NCBI GenBank assembly: GCA_965206695.1
Contig: CBDBKM010000010.1
Location: 32,001 to 96,000, forward strand
Direction: 5' to 3'
From: Chlamydiales bacterium
GTDB taxonomy: Bacteria > Chlamydiota > Chlamydiia > Chlamydiales > JAAZZY01
Length of the DNA: 64,000 nt
Positions 20,251 through 29,783 of the stretch are shown here, piece after piece. A program made the position numbers and the translations under genes. Under the pieces are notes generated by a model. That model did not search any database. It was not told the origin of the DNA and was given only the letters and a program-made list of their open reading frames with translations. The first letter of the stretch is position 1; the number at the start of each line of letters is the position of its first letter.

Positions 20251-20289
20251 CCAAATCAATTGACACTAATCAATTGATTTGGTTATCCT
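20251..20289 (+). promoter_or_regulatory. Putative rplU promoter overlapped by a perfect 13-bp inverted repeat
   Basis: TTGACA at 20260-20265, TATCCT at 20284-20289; CCAAATCAATTGA-N6-TCAATTGATTTGG at 20251-20282. Confidence 0.55.
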
Positions 20290-20342
20290 TCTTTTCTTAT
20301 ATTTCTCCTATAGACGTAAAAATTGTAAATTCAGGGGTTCCG

Positions 20343-20660
20343 ATGTACGCAATTATTAAAACAGGTGGTAAGCAATATCGCGTTACGAAAGGTGATATAA
20401 TTGATGTTGAGTTACTTGATGGAAAACAAAATAAAAATGTAACTTTTGGTGATGTACTCTTCTTCCATGATGGAAAAACGCCTAATATTGGAGATCCGAT
20501 TATTTCTGAATGCAGTGTTGTGGCGGAATTAGTTGAAGAGGTTAAGGGACCTAAAGTTATTGCTTTTAAGTATAAGCGTCGTAAGAATTATCATCGCAAA
20601 GTTGGTCATAGACAACGATATAGCCGTGTGAAAATCATCGATATAAAAAGCGCCAAGTAA
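20343..20660 (+). CDS. rplU: 50S ribosomal protein L21
   Basis: MYAIIKTGGKQYRV...GHRQ. Confidence 0.98.
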   Translation: MYAIIKTGGKQYRVTKGDIIDVELLDGKQNKNVTFGDVLFFHDGKTPNIGDPIISECSVVAELVEEVKGPKVIAFKYKRRKNYHRKVGHRQRYSRVKIIDIKSAK

Positions 20661-20673
20661 AGGAGACGGTTGA

Positions 20674-20925
20674 ATGGCTCATAAGAAAGGTCAAGGTTCT
20701 ACTCGTAATGGACGAGATTCTATTTCTAAGCGGTTAGGAGTCAAACGATCAAATGGTCAGTTTGTTCGCGCCGGTAGTATTATTATTCGTCAGAGAGGTA
20801 CAAAGTGGCACCCATCAAGAAATGTAGGAAGAGGAAATGATGATACTCTTTTTGCTTTAATCGATGGCACGGTTTCTTTCCGAAAAGGGAAGAAAACGTA
20901 CGTTACGGTCCAATCTGTTAGTTAG
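20674..20925 (+). CDS. rpmA: 50S ribosomal protein L27
   Basis: [16 protein letters not shown]...RQRGTK. Confidence 0.98.
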   Translation: MAHKKGQGSTRNGRDSISKRLGVKRSNGQFVRAGSIIIRQRGTKWHPSRNVGRGNDDTLFALIDGTVSFRKGKKTYVTVQSVS

Positions 20926-20946
20926 AGATTTTCTGCTTAAATTTTA

Positions 20947-20990
20947 AAATAGAGTAATATGAATTTGTATTGATATTACTCTATTTGTTT
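20947..20990 (+). terminator. AT-rich hairpin between rpmA and obgE (possible terminator or processing site)
   Basis: Perfect 14-bp arms AAATAGAGTAATAT / ATATTACTCTATTT, 12-nt loop, followed by GTTT. Confidence 0.5.
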
Positions 20991-21005
20991 CCGGAGGTTT
21001 TTTAG

Positions 21006-22031
21006 ATGTTCACCGATAGGATTAAAGTACAGCTTATTGCCGGAAAGGGCGGTAATGGTATCGTTGCGTGGCGACGGTTACGTTATATCCCTAAAGGAGG
21101 CCCTACCGGTGGTAATGGAGGCCACGGTGCTTCTATTATTTTGAAGGCAGATACTCAAATATCAGCGTTAGATTGGTATCGTAATAGACGCATCATAAAA
21201 GCTGATAACGGTACTATTGGGGGCGTTAATAGGCGCCAAGGCAAAAGAGGGAAAGATTTAATTCTTAAAGTCCCTTGCGGTACTCTTGTAAAAGACTCTA
21301 CGACAAATGAATTACTATGTGATCTTGTTGATGATCAACAAATTTTTTTGATCTGTCAAGGCGGTAGAGGCGGATTAGGAAATGCATGTTTTGCCACTCC
21401 TACCAATCAAGCTCCCAACTATTCTACTCCCGGTAAAGAAGGAGAAATCAAGGACATTGAACTTGAGCTTAAGCTGATTGCTGATGTTGGATTAGTAGGT
21501 TTTCCTAATGCCGGAAAATCAACTATGATTTCAGCAATGACCAATATGAGCAGTAAAATCGGTGCTTATCCATTCACTACACTTAAACCGAATCTTGGCT
21601 TTATTGAATTGAATGACTATTCTCGTATTGTTATTGCCGATATTCCGGGGATTATTGAAGGAGCTCATCAAAATCGAGGATTAGGATTAGAGTTCTTAAG
21701 GCATATTGAACGAACTAAATTACTTCTTTATGTTTTAGATATCTCAGGTATTGATGGGCATCAAGCTATTGATGATTTTACAATCCTAAAAGGAGAAATT
21801 AGAGCTTACAATCCTGAGATGCCGGGTAAGCCCTATTTAGTTGTTCTCAATAAAATGGATCTTATAGGCTCTAATGAGCCTATTGAAGCCTTTAAAAGGG
21901 CTCATCCTATTGATAAAGATCTTATATTTGAAATCTCTGCAAGCAATGATCAAGGTCTTGAAGAGTTAAAGCATAAAATGGCATCTCTTTTAATGAATCA
22001 ATCTAACATTTCAGTATGTCAAGCAGTCTAA
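21006..22031 (+). CDS. obgE: GTPase ObgE/CgtA
   Basis: Gly-rich Obg domain, GFPNAGKST, YPFTT, DIPG, NKMD. Confidence 0.97.
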   Translation: MFTDRIKVQLIAGKGGNGIVAWRRLRYIPKGGPTGGNGGHGASIILKADTQISALDWYRNRRIIKADNGTIGGVNRRQGKRGKDLILKVPCGTLVKDSTTNELLCDLVDDQQIFLICQGGRGGLGNACFATPTNQAPNYSTPGKEGEIKDIELELKLIADVGLVGFPNAGKSTMISAMTNMSSKIGAYPFTTLKPNLGFIELNDYSRIVIADIPGIIEGAHQNRGLGLEFLRHIERTKLLLYVLDISGIDGHQAIDDFTILKGEIRAYNPEMPGKPYLVVLNKMDLIGSNEPIEAFKRAHPIDKDLIFEISASNDQGLEELKHKMASLLMNQSNISVCQAV

Positions 22032-22873
22032 GCTGTTTTAATGCGTCTAGATCTAATACTTAAGCAGAGCATGTAAACAATAGCAGCTGTTAAAGCTATA
22101 GTAGCTCCCGTCGGGAGGTTTAAATAGTAAGAAGTGACGGTCCCTGAAAAACAAAAAATAGAGCTGATGATGACAGCGGATACCATCATCCGGACTAAAT
22201 TTTTTGTAAAAATATTCGAAATAGTGGCCGGAATCACCAGCAAGGTTATTGCTAAAATAATACCGACAATTTGAATTAAAAGAACAACTGTTATGGCAAT
22301 AAGCACTAAAAGTAATAGGTATAACGCTTGTACGTTAATGCCTTGCAGTTTTGCCTGCTCTTCATCAAAACAAAGAAGAAGAAAACGATTATAATTGATA
22401 CTGACAATAATTATGACAATAATATCTAAGATAATCAGTAGTATAAGATCGTTGAAACTAACCCATAGAATATTACCTAATAAATAATTATCTAAATCTA
22501 CGTTTGAGCCCGGTGTTCCGGAAAGAAAGAGTACCCCTATCGCCATGCCAACAGACCAAAGAGCGGCGATAACCGAATCCTCTCGTTGACGATAATATAG
22601 ATGAATCCGGCCGATTAATAAAGCGGATAGGATAGCAGCTGCAAAAGCTCCATAAATAGGAGATAACCAATACCAACCGTACATACGATTTAACCATAAG
22701 CAGAGCCCGATACCGGCTAAAACGGAATGAGCAATACCTCCACTAATAAAAGCGATGCGTTTGATGACAACGTAAGATCCTATAACGCCTCCTACTATAG
22801 AAGAAGCTACAGCTGCGATAATGGAATATTGTAAAAGTGGATTAATCAATAAGGCTTGAAAAAAAGGAATCAC
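22028..22873 (-). CDS. Zn/Mn ABC transporter permease (ZnuB-like)
   Basis: Polytopic; IAHSVLAG, FDEEQAKLQGIN. Confidence 0.92.
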   Translation of the reverse strand: MIPFFQALLINPLLQYSIIAAVASSIVGGVIGSYVVIKRIAFISGGIAHSVLAGIGLCLWLNRMYGWYWLSPIYGAFAAAILSALLIGRIHLYYRQREDSVIAALWSVGMAIGVLFLSGTPGSNVDLDNYLLGNILWVSFNDLILLIILDIIVIIIVSINYNRFLLLCFDEEQAKLQGINVQALYLLLLVLIAITVVLLIQIVGIILAITLLVIPATISNIFTKNLVRMMVSAVIISSIFCFSGTVTSYYLNLPTGATIALTAAIVYMLCLSIRSRRIKTA

Positions 22874-23598
22874 TTTCTCTCCTTTTCATTAATTAGAGGA
22901 TTATGGTGATAAAGACCCATAGTAACGTGTTTACAAACTTCGCTTGGTTCAAGTGAGATAATATTGCCATGTATGCATAACACCTTATGTACATGGTCAA
23001 TAATTTCTTCCAAATCATGAGTGACCATTAAAATAGTCATTTTATCTTTTAAATTTCTTAGCATTCGCTGAATATCGTCTTCAGCTTGAGTATCAACACA
23101 CGCGGTCGGTTCGTCTAATAATAGTAGTTTTGGATCTGATACTAAAGCTCTGGCAATTAAAGCTCGTTGAGCTTGGCCTCCTGATAAGGAACCAAAAGAT
23201 TGATTGATAAATGGAATTAACCCGGCGAACTCAATCCAGTGCATAGCAGCCTGTTTGTCTTCTTTCGTATAAGAACGATACCATGCGGTCTTTGACAGTC
23301 TTCCTGATAAAACAACTTCAAAAAGTGAGATAGGAAAGTATCGATCCAAGTGCAGTACTTGAGGAACATAGCCGATTAATTGACGAGCTTGTCCGGCTGT
23401 TGTGTTATAGATAGCAACTAAGCCTGAATGTGGTCTTAAAAAACCCATGATAAGCTTTAGAAAAGTAGTTTTGCCTCCGCCATTAGGCCCAATAATACTA
23501 ATAAACTCGCCTTCATTTATAGATACGGAAGTGTTGGTGAGTATTAGGGCGTCCGCGTACGAGAAGTTAACGTTTTCAAAATGAATAGCGGTGCTCAT
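22870..23598 (-). CDS. Zn/Mn ABC transporter ATPase (ZnuC-like)
   Basis: GPNGGGKTT, LSGGQ, LLDEPT. Confidence 0.93.
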   Translation of the reverse strand: MSTAIHFENVNFSYADALILTNTSVSINEGEFISIIGPNGGGKTTFLKLIMGFLRPHSGLVAIYNTTAGQARQLIGYVPQVLHLDRYFPISLFEVVLSGRLSKTAWYRSYTKEDKQAAMHWIEFAGLIPFINQSFGSLSGGQAQRALIARALVSDPKLLLLDEPTACVDTQAEDDIQRMLRNLKDKMTILMVTHDLEEIIDHVHKVLCIHGNIISLEPSEVCKHVTMGLYHHNPLINEKERK

Positions 23599-23602
23599 TT
23601 TG

Positions 23603-24526
23603 TTAAGAAGCCTTTAGTTCAGCAAAGTTTTCAGCAATGTTACGAAGATTATTTATATAGTCTTCGGCATAAGGATCCAGATCAATTGTTGTTATACGTA
23701 ATTCTTGCGCGATACGCTCAGCAGCTTTCGTATTGTATTGTCGTTGCGAAAATATGCGTTCAATATTCGCTTGACGTGCCTGTTGTATAATCTTAGTTAG
23801 TTCTTGAGCAGAGGGATCATGCCCCTCATATTCAATAGATAGTTGGTTTAAGTTATAATCTCTACAAAAGTAAGCAAAGGCAGCATGAGAGACCATAACA
23901 GTACGGTTTTTATTCATTTTTAGAAGATTTGAAATATAATCATCGAGTTGATTAAGCTCCTGAAGTAAATCGCCTAGTTTCCGGTGGAACAAAGCTTCTC
24001 TTTCGGGGTAGTGCTTAATTAAAACGTTAGCAATGAGTTTTACTTGTTCTTTAGCGATTTTAGGGCTTAACCAAGTGTGCGGATCTGCACCTTCTTGCTG
24101 AGTACAGGTACATTGATGATTATGGTGATTATGATAAATTAAATCTAAGCCACTTAGAGTATCGACGATATCTATATTAGGATTGTGTTCTTTAAGGACT
24201 TTTTTTAGTTGATATTCAAAAGGGTCAGACGAAGTAATCCAAATGGATGCATAGCCTAAATTAAGTGTTTGTTTAGGAGTCGGGTCATAAGTGTGAGGGC
24301 TAGACCCGGAAGAGACCAAAACAGTCACAGGTATCGTTTTATCTGAAATATAATCAACAAAAAACTTATAAGGAGCAATACTTACTAAAACAGTATCTTT
24401 GGGTTTAGATTCTTCAACAGAATATGAGCGAGTTAAAAAAAATGAGCTTAAGAATAAACAAGCAATTATAAAAATAAAGAGTTTGTTTCTTCTGAATATA
24501 AAGAACAATTTTAATAAAAGTTTCAT
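23603..24526 (-). CDS. Zn/Mn ABC transporter substrate-binding protein (ZnuA-like)
   Basis: SPHTYDP, His-rich loop, DPHTWLSP, HAAFAYF. Confidence 0.93.
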   Translation of the reverse strand: MKLLLKLFFIFRRNKLFIFIIACLFLSSFFLTRSYSVEESKPKDTVLVSIAPYKFFVDYISDKTIPVTVLVSSGSSPHTYDPTPKQTLNLGYASIWITSSDPFEYQLKKVLKEHNPNIDIVDTLSGLDLIYHNHHNHQCTCTQQEGADPHTWLSPKIAKEQVKLIANVLIKHYPEREALFHRKLGDLLQELNQLDDYISNLLKMNKNRTVMVSHAAFAYFCRDYNLNQLSIEYEGHDPSAQELTKIIQQARQANIERIFSQRQYNTKAAERIAQELRITTIDLDPYAEDYINNLRNIAENFAELKAS

Positions 24527-24659
24527 TATAATATAAATTATAATTTTTGAACGATTAATTCTCTCTTAATAGGTATTATTTAGCAAGCAATATTAAAATA
24601 AAGAAATTATTTTTCTTGAGAGATATGTAATCTATTGATTATCATGCTTAATCTTTTCC

Positions 24660-24746
24660 GGAGGAATGTCTGAGCGGCCGAAGGAGCACGCTTGGAAAGC
24701 GTGTGTACGTTAATTCGTACCGTGGGTTCGAATCCCACTTCCTCCG
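24660..24746 (+). tRNA. tRNA-Ser (GGA), CCA not encoded
   Basis: Acceptor GGAGGAA/TTCCTCC, anticodon arm CACGC-TTGGAAA-GCGTG, long variable arm, GGTTCGAATCC T-arm, discriminator G. Confidence 0.97.
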
Positions 24747-26544
24747 TCATTGCAACCAATTCGAACCCTTGGTGCCATCATCTAAAAAGGCCAAGGTTTG
24801 AATTTTAGAGTGTGCAATGTAATAAGGTTTTTCTTTAATTAAATTCCCGTTTTCAACCCTGCATTCACCGGGAATCCCTTCCATATAAATAGTTCCTAAT
24901 AATTCTTTTAAAGCTAGCGCTGATCCTGTCGTATTTTGTTGTAGAGTATCGTGTAAACGCTCTAATCGATGCTCTATAGTCGTTTAATTTTACATTGATA
25001 AGATTGCTTGATCAATGGCGAATGTAAAATTCGTAACTTTTCGTAATATCTCTCTAACTTTATTTTTCATATTAGCCCAATATTTTTCTATAGGATTTAA
25101 GTCCGGAGAATATGGAGGAAGAAACATAAGCTTACAACCGGCAGATTCTACTGTTTTCCTGCTTTCCGCTGACTTGTGAAAACCGGCATTGTCAAGAATA
25201 AGAACACTACCGGGTGTAAGCTGAGGAGTCAAAACTTCCTTAAGCCAAATATTGAATAACCCGGTATTACAAGTACCTTCAAAACACATTGGAGATAAAA
25301 ACTGCCCTTTAGATAGGGCTGAAATAATATTTTGCCTTATAAAGCGGTTTCCTGAAACCGCTCCAAAAACTTTTTTGCCGCGTAAGCTTCTTCCGGACTC
25401 ACGAAATAAAAATTGATGAATCCCGGTTTCATCGAGATAAATTCTCTTGTCAAAGGGAATATTTTTTAAATCTTTCATAAAAGCTTCCCGTTTCTTTTCA
25501 TCTCTTTCCTTATAGCGAGTAGTTTTTTTTTTCGTGTAATTTTTAATCTTTTAAGGGCATAAAAAATCGTTTGCGGAGTGACTGAAAAATAATCAGCAAT
25601 TTCCGATAAAAAATAATCCGGATGTTTTTCTACATATTTAGATAACAACTCATCATCTAATTTCTTATAAGCATATTTTCTGCGGATTGGCTTTAAATGT
25701 CCTTTTTGCTTTTTTTGCAAGATCCATCGATATATTGTTGCGATACCTACTTGAAAAATATGGCCGGCTGTTTTTTTATCATGATGTTTTTCTATATGTT
25801 GTCATACTTTCTCTCGAAGATCTACTGAATAGGCTCTAGGCATTGTTTTGTCCTTATTGTTTGTATAAAAAAAGAAGGATAACATATTATCAAATAAAAA
25901 TTAAAGTACTATATCCATTCTTTAGGCGGAGCTTTAAAATTTTTCTCTGTTTGAAATGCTAAGTTTTCTATTTCATGTGTCAGCAATTCGCTCTTTTTCC
26001 CCGCTTCTCCAAGGGCTTCGGATACTGCTTTTGAGAAGTTGCCTACTTTAATAAAGTTTAAATAATTCTGAATTTCGGAGAGAATTTTTTCATGCTGAGA
26101 TTTCTTTTTTTTGATTTTTTCGGGGAGTTCTCCTGAGCCTTGAGCTAATTTTTTTTCAATTGCTTTAAAAACATACTCGATATTTTCAGCAATGAGTAAC
26201 TTTTCTTTGAGTTCGTTTAAGATAATTTTTTCGACCTTATTTCTTGCAATGAGCATTTTATTGTTACAAGTCTTTCTTTTTGCATTATAGCAGCCATAAT
26301 ATCCGCTTCCTTTGCCACTGACTAAAACCATGGCTCCATCACAGGATCGACATTTCATTAATCCTGCAAGCAGATGATTTGGATTGGAATGCACATAGCT
26401 TTTTTGCTGTTGTTGTGCATTCTTTTTAACTGGAAATGCACCTTTGATGTCATTCCATCTATTTTGGGCTTTTTCCCAAGTGTCTTCATCAATGATAGCA
26501 AGTTCCTTTTTCTCAATAAGAATCTGTTCATGTTCTGGTCTTTT
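24747..26544 (-). pseudogene. Large serine recombinase/integrase, C-terminal half; split by IS630-A, 5' part lost
   Basis: LAIIDEDTWEKAQ (end of recombinase domain), LLAGLMKCRSCDG...YYGC zinc ribbon, coiled coil; removing the IS630 restores ...PKEWI|EHRLERLH...GSNWLQ* with the stop at 24747-24749. Confidence 0.88.
24977..25911 (-). mobile_element. IS630-family element A, copy 2 (935 bp; nonsense codon in orfA)
   Basis: Near-identical to 8616-9549; TA duplication at 24975-24976 / 25912-25913; TTA>TGA at 25802-25804; A10 run. Confidence 0.95.
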
Positions 26545-26743
26545 AACCTGAGTTTTGGGTTTAAATTACCATAGGTAAAATATCCTGATGCTTTTCCAAC
26601 CTAATCGAAGGCTTTTTTCTTGATGAGAGTACGCAATAAGAGCACCAAGTAAGTTAATAAAAAAATTAGAGATACTACGATGGCGTGTATGTTCTATTTG
26701 CGAAATATTTTTTAATTGATCATTGACTGTTTCAATAATAGAC
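26545..26743 (-). mobile_element. IS982-family remnant (3' end of transposase plus probable right end)
   Basis: SIIETVNDQLKNISQIEHTRHRSISNF is the IS982 DDE C-terminal motif; truncated by IS30. Confidence 0.85.
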
Positions 26744-26852
26744 GCCCTTTCAACATTGAAGTGCAACAAATAGGAAGAATTTGAAAATGGCCAAATGCCG
26801 GCAAAATCTCTATAGTAAATTTTTGCAAAAAAAAACTATGGAGGGATTTTTT

Positions 26853-27791
26853 ATGCCTAAAGGCTACCGGCATTTAACCTACGAACAAAGGTGCCAAATA
26901 TGTACTTTAAAAAAAAGAGGAGATTCTGTTGATTCTATTTCGCAGGAATTAAATGTTAATAAAACTACTGTTTATCGAGAGTTAAAAAGAAATAGCTATG
27001 AAGGCAGATATATCTATTTTGCAGCACAAATCAAAACTAAAAGAAGGCGTTCAAAAGCGAGCAGTAAAACAAAGAAAATGACCCCTGAACTACTTATGAA
27101 GATAGAAAGTAAATTACTGCTTCAATGGAGTCCTGTTCAAATATCCGGTCGATTGAAAGAAGAAGAAGGCCTGCTTATCAGCCACGAAAGTATTTATCGT
27201 CATATTTGGAAAGATAAACGAAATTGGGGCAATTTATATAAAAATTTAAGACACAAAGGTAAGAAGTATAAAAAGCGAGGTTCAGATAAAGCAGGCCGAG
27301 GCTGTATTCCCAATAGAGTCGATATTGATAAAAGACCTTGTATTGTCGATGAAAAAACAAGAATAGGAGATTTTGAATTAGATACGATAATAGGCAAAAA
27401 TCATCAAGGAGTGATTGTTTCTATTGTTGATCGTGCTTCTAAATATACGATGCTTATGAAGGTAAAGTCTAAACAAGCCCTCGGTGTTGCCGATGCTTTA
27501 ATTACCTGTTTAAAGCCTGTTAAGGATAGAGTTCACACATTAACAGCAGATAATGGTTTAGAGTTTTCTCGGCATCAAGAAGTAAGTTCAACACTCAAAG
27601 CAGAGTTTTATTTTGCTAAACCCTATCATTCCCGGGAAAGAGGGTTGAATGAACATACGAATGGGTTAGTTAGACAGTATTTGCCTAAGAAAACAAACTT
27701 TAATAATGTGACACAAGAGGATGTAAAAGAGATAGAAAAACTGCTTAATGAAAGACCCGGAAAAAGTTTGAATTTTAAAACACCTATATAG
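26853..27791 (+). CDS. IS30 transposase, C-terminally truncated by IS630-A
   Basis: YRHLTYEQR HTH, WSPVQIS, GDFELDT, TADNGLEF, ERGLNEHTNG. Confidence 0.92.
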   Translation: MPKGYRHLTYEQRCQICTLKKRGDSVDSISQELNVNKTTVYRELKRNSYEGRYIYFAAQIKTKRRRSKASSKTKKMTPELLMKIESKLLLQWSPVQISGRLKEEEGLLISHESIYRHIWKDKRNWGNLYKNLRHKGKKYKKRGSDKAGRGCIPNRVDIDKRPCIVDEKTRIGDFELDTIIGKNHQGVIVSIVDRASKYTMLMKVKSKQALGVADALITCLKPVKDRVHTLTADNGLEFSRHQEVSSTLKAEFYFAKPYHSRERGLNEHTNGLVRQYLPKKTNFNNVTQEDVKEIEKLLNERPGKSLNFKTPI

Positions 27792-29643
27792 TCATTTAAT
27801 TTTATATTGATAAGATTGCTTGATCAATGGCGAATGTAAAATTCGTAACTTTTCGTAATATCTCTCTAACTTTATTTTTCATATTAGCCCAATATTTTTC
27901 TATAGGATTTAAGTCCGGAGAATATGGAGGAAGAAACATAAGCTTACAACCGGCAGATGCTACTGTTTTCCTGCTTTCCGCTGACTTGTGAAAACCGGCA
28001 TTGTCAAGAATAAGAACACTACCGGGTGTAAGCTGAGGAGTCAAAACTTCCTTAAGCCAAATATTGAATAACCCGGTATTACAAGTACCTTCAAAACACA
28101 TTGGAGATAAAAACTGCCCTTTAGATAGGGCTGAAATAATATTTTGCCTTATAAAGCGGTTTCCTGAAACCGCTCCAAAAACTTTTTTGCCGCGTAAGCT
28201 TCTTCCGGACTCACGAAATAAAAATTGATGAATCCCGGTTTCATCGAGATAAATTCTCTTGTCAAAGGGAATATTTTTTAAATCTTTCATAAAAGCTTCC
28301 CGTTTCTTTTCATCTCTTTCCTTATAGCGAGTAGTTTTTTTTTTCGTGTAATTTTTAATCTTTTAAGGGCATAAAAAATCGTTTGCGGAGTGACTGAAAA
28401 ATAATCAGCAATTTCCGATAAAAAATAATCCGGATGTTTTTCTACATATTTAGATAACAACTCATCATCTAATTTCTTATAAGCATATTTTCTGCGGATT
28501 GGCTTTAAATGTCCTTTTTGCTTTTTTTGCAAGATCCATCGATATATTGTTGCGATACCTACTTGAAAAATATGGCCGGCTGTTTTTTTATCATGATGTT
28601 TTTCTATATACTCATCACGAATAAACCTCCGGATATTTTGTATTCGTATAGTGTAAATTATTTTGTATGAATTCATTTTTAACACTATCAGAAGAAAAGC
28701 ATCTCAGACAGCAACATAAACGAGAAAAGAATGGTCGTATACGAGATCGTATCAAGGCTGTTCTATTGTCGAATAAAGGTTGGAGTAATACTCGTATTGC
28801 TGAAGCTGTGCTTTTAGACGATGAAACAGTGTCTCGTCACATTAAAGAATATCAAAATAAACAGCAATTGCATGTAGAAAGCGGTGGTTCAGTCAGTAAA
28901 CTTCTTGCGCCACAGTCAGAAGAATTCATTAAACATTTAACAACTCATACCTATGTCAAAGTAGAAGAGATCTGTTCTTATGTTCTCGCGAAATATGGCA
29001 TTGTTTATACGATTTCAGGGATGACTTCTTGGCTACACTCACATGGTTTTTCCTATAAAAAGCCTAAAGGTACACCGGCTAAGGCAAATTCTGATCAACA
29101 AAAAGCTTGGATGCAATTTTACGCCAAGCTTATGGCATCTCTGCCTAAAAATGAGCCTGTTGAATTTGCTGATGGTGTACATCCAACTATGGCAACTAAA
29201 ATTTCTTATGGTTGGATTCGACCGGGAACAGATAAATTGATTGCAACAACAGCTTCTCGTACTCGAATGAATCTTATGGGGTCTATCAATTTAAACAGTA
29301 TGAAGGTAACAATATTACAGTCCTAACCTCAATCCCATTGAACGATTATGGAAAGTGATGAATGAATATTGTCGCAATAATCGGTTTTTTAATTCTGCTA
29401 AAGAATTTCGGAGATCGATTACCGGATTTTTTGAAAATACTTGGCCCTCTATTGCTCAATCAATGAGGACACGAATCAATGATCATTTTCAAGTCTTAGA
29501 ATCGGCACTTTGATTCATAAGGGGTATATGTTGTAATACTTTCTCTCGAAGATCTACTGAATAGGCTCTAGGCATTGTTTTGTCCTTACTGTTTGTATAA
29601 AAAAAGAAGGATAACATATTATCAAATAAAAATTAAAATACTA
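27789..29643 (-). mobile_element. IS630-family element A, copy 3, interrupted by IS630-B
   Basis: Same TIRs as copy 1; TA duplication at 27787-27788 / 29644-29645; 5' part at 29527-29643. Confidence 0.93.
28609..29526 (+). mobile_element. Second IS630-family element (B), 918 bp, with internally deleted transposase
   Basis: Imperfect TIRs TACTCATCACGAATAAA / rc TACCCCTTATGAATCAA; TA duplication at 28607-28608 / 29527-29528; ORF 28667-29326 then YSPNLNPIERLWK in another frame; second-Asp region missing. Confidence 0.88.
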
Positions 29644-29783
29644 TAGAGGTTTTCAATCCGAAGAATTTGTGCTATAATAGAGTACAAGTTTGTTGCACTT
29701 CATAGTTGAAAAGACAAAGGATATAACTTTAGTTCATATGTTGTTATTTCGCTACGTTAAAATCATATCTGACAAAATAGTTT

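Larger units (their letters stand above)
26744..29715 (+). mobile_element. IS30-family element, interrupted by nested IS630s
   Basis: ~27-bp IRs GCCCTTTCAACATTGAAGTGCAACAAA / rc GTCTTTTCAACTATGAAGTGCAACAAA; the transposase tail (EVFNP...) resumes at 29646. Confidence 0.9.

Noticed and set aside
20238..20342. N-terminal extension of L21
   Set aside because: Canonical MYAII start is at 20343; the upstream stretch contains the promoter
24748..24819. Imperfect inverted repeat after the tRNA as an ncRNA or att duplicate
   Set aside because: Lies within the reconstituted recombinase reading frame, pairing is imperfect, and the match to the tRNA T-arm is only a few bases
28609..28685. Novel N-terminus on the 132-aa ORF 28287-28685
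   Set aside because: Chimeric read-through from the antisense strand of IS630-B into IS630-A orfA
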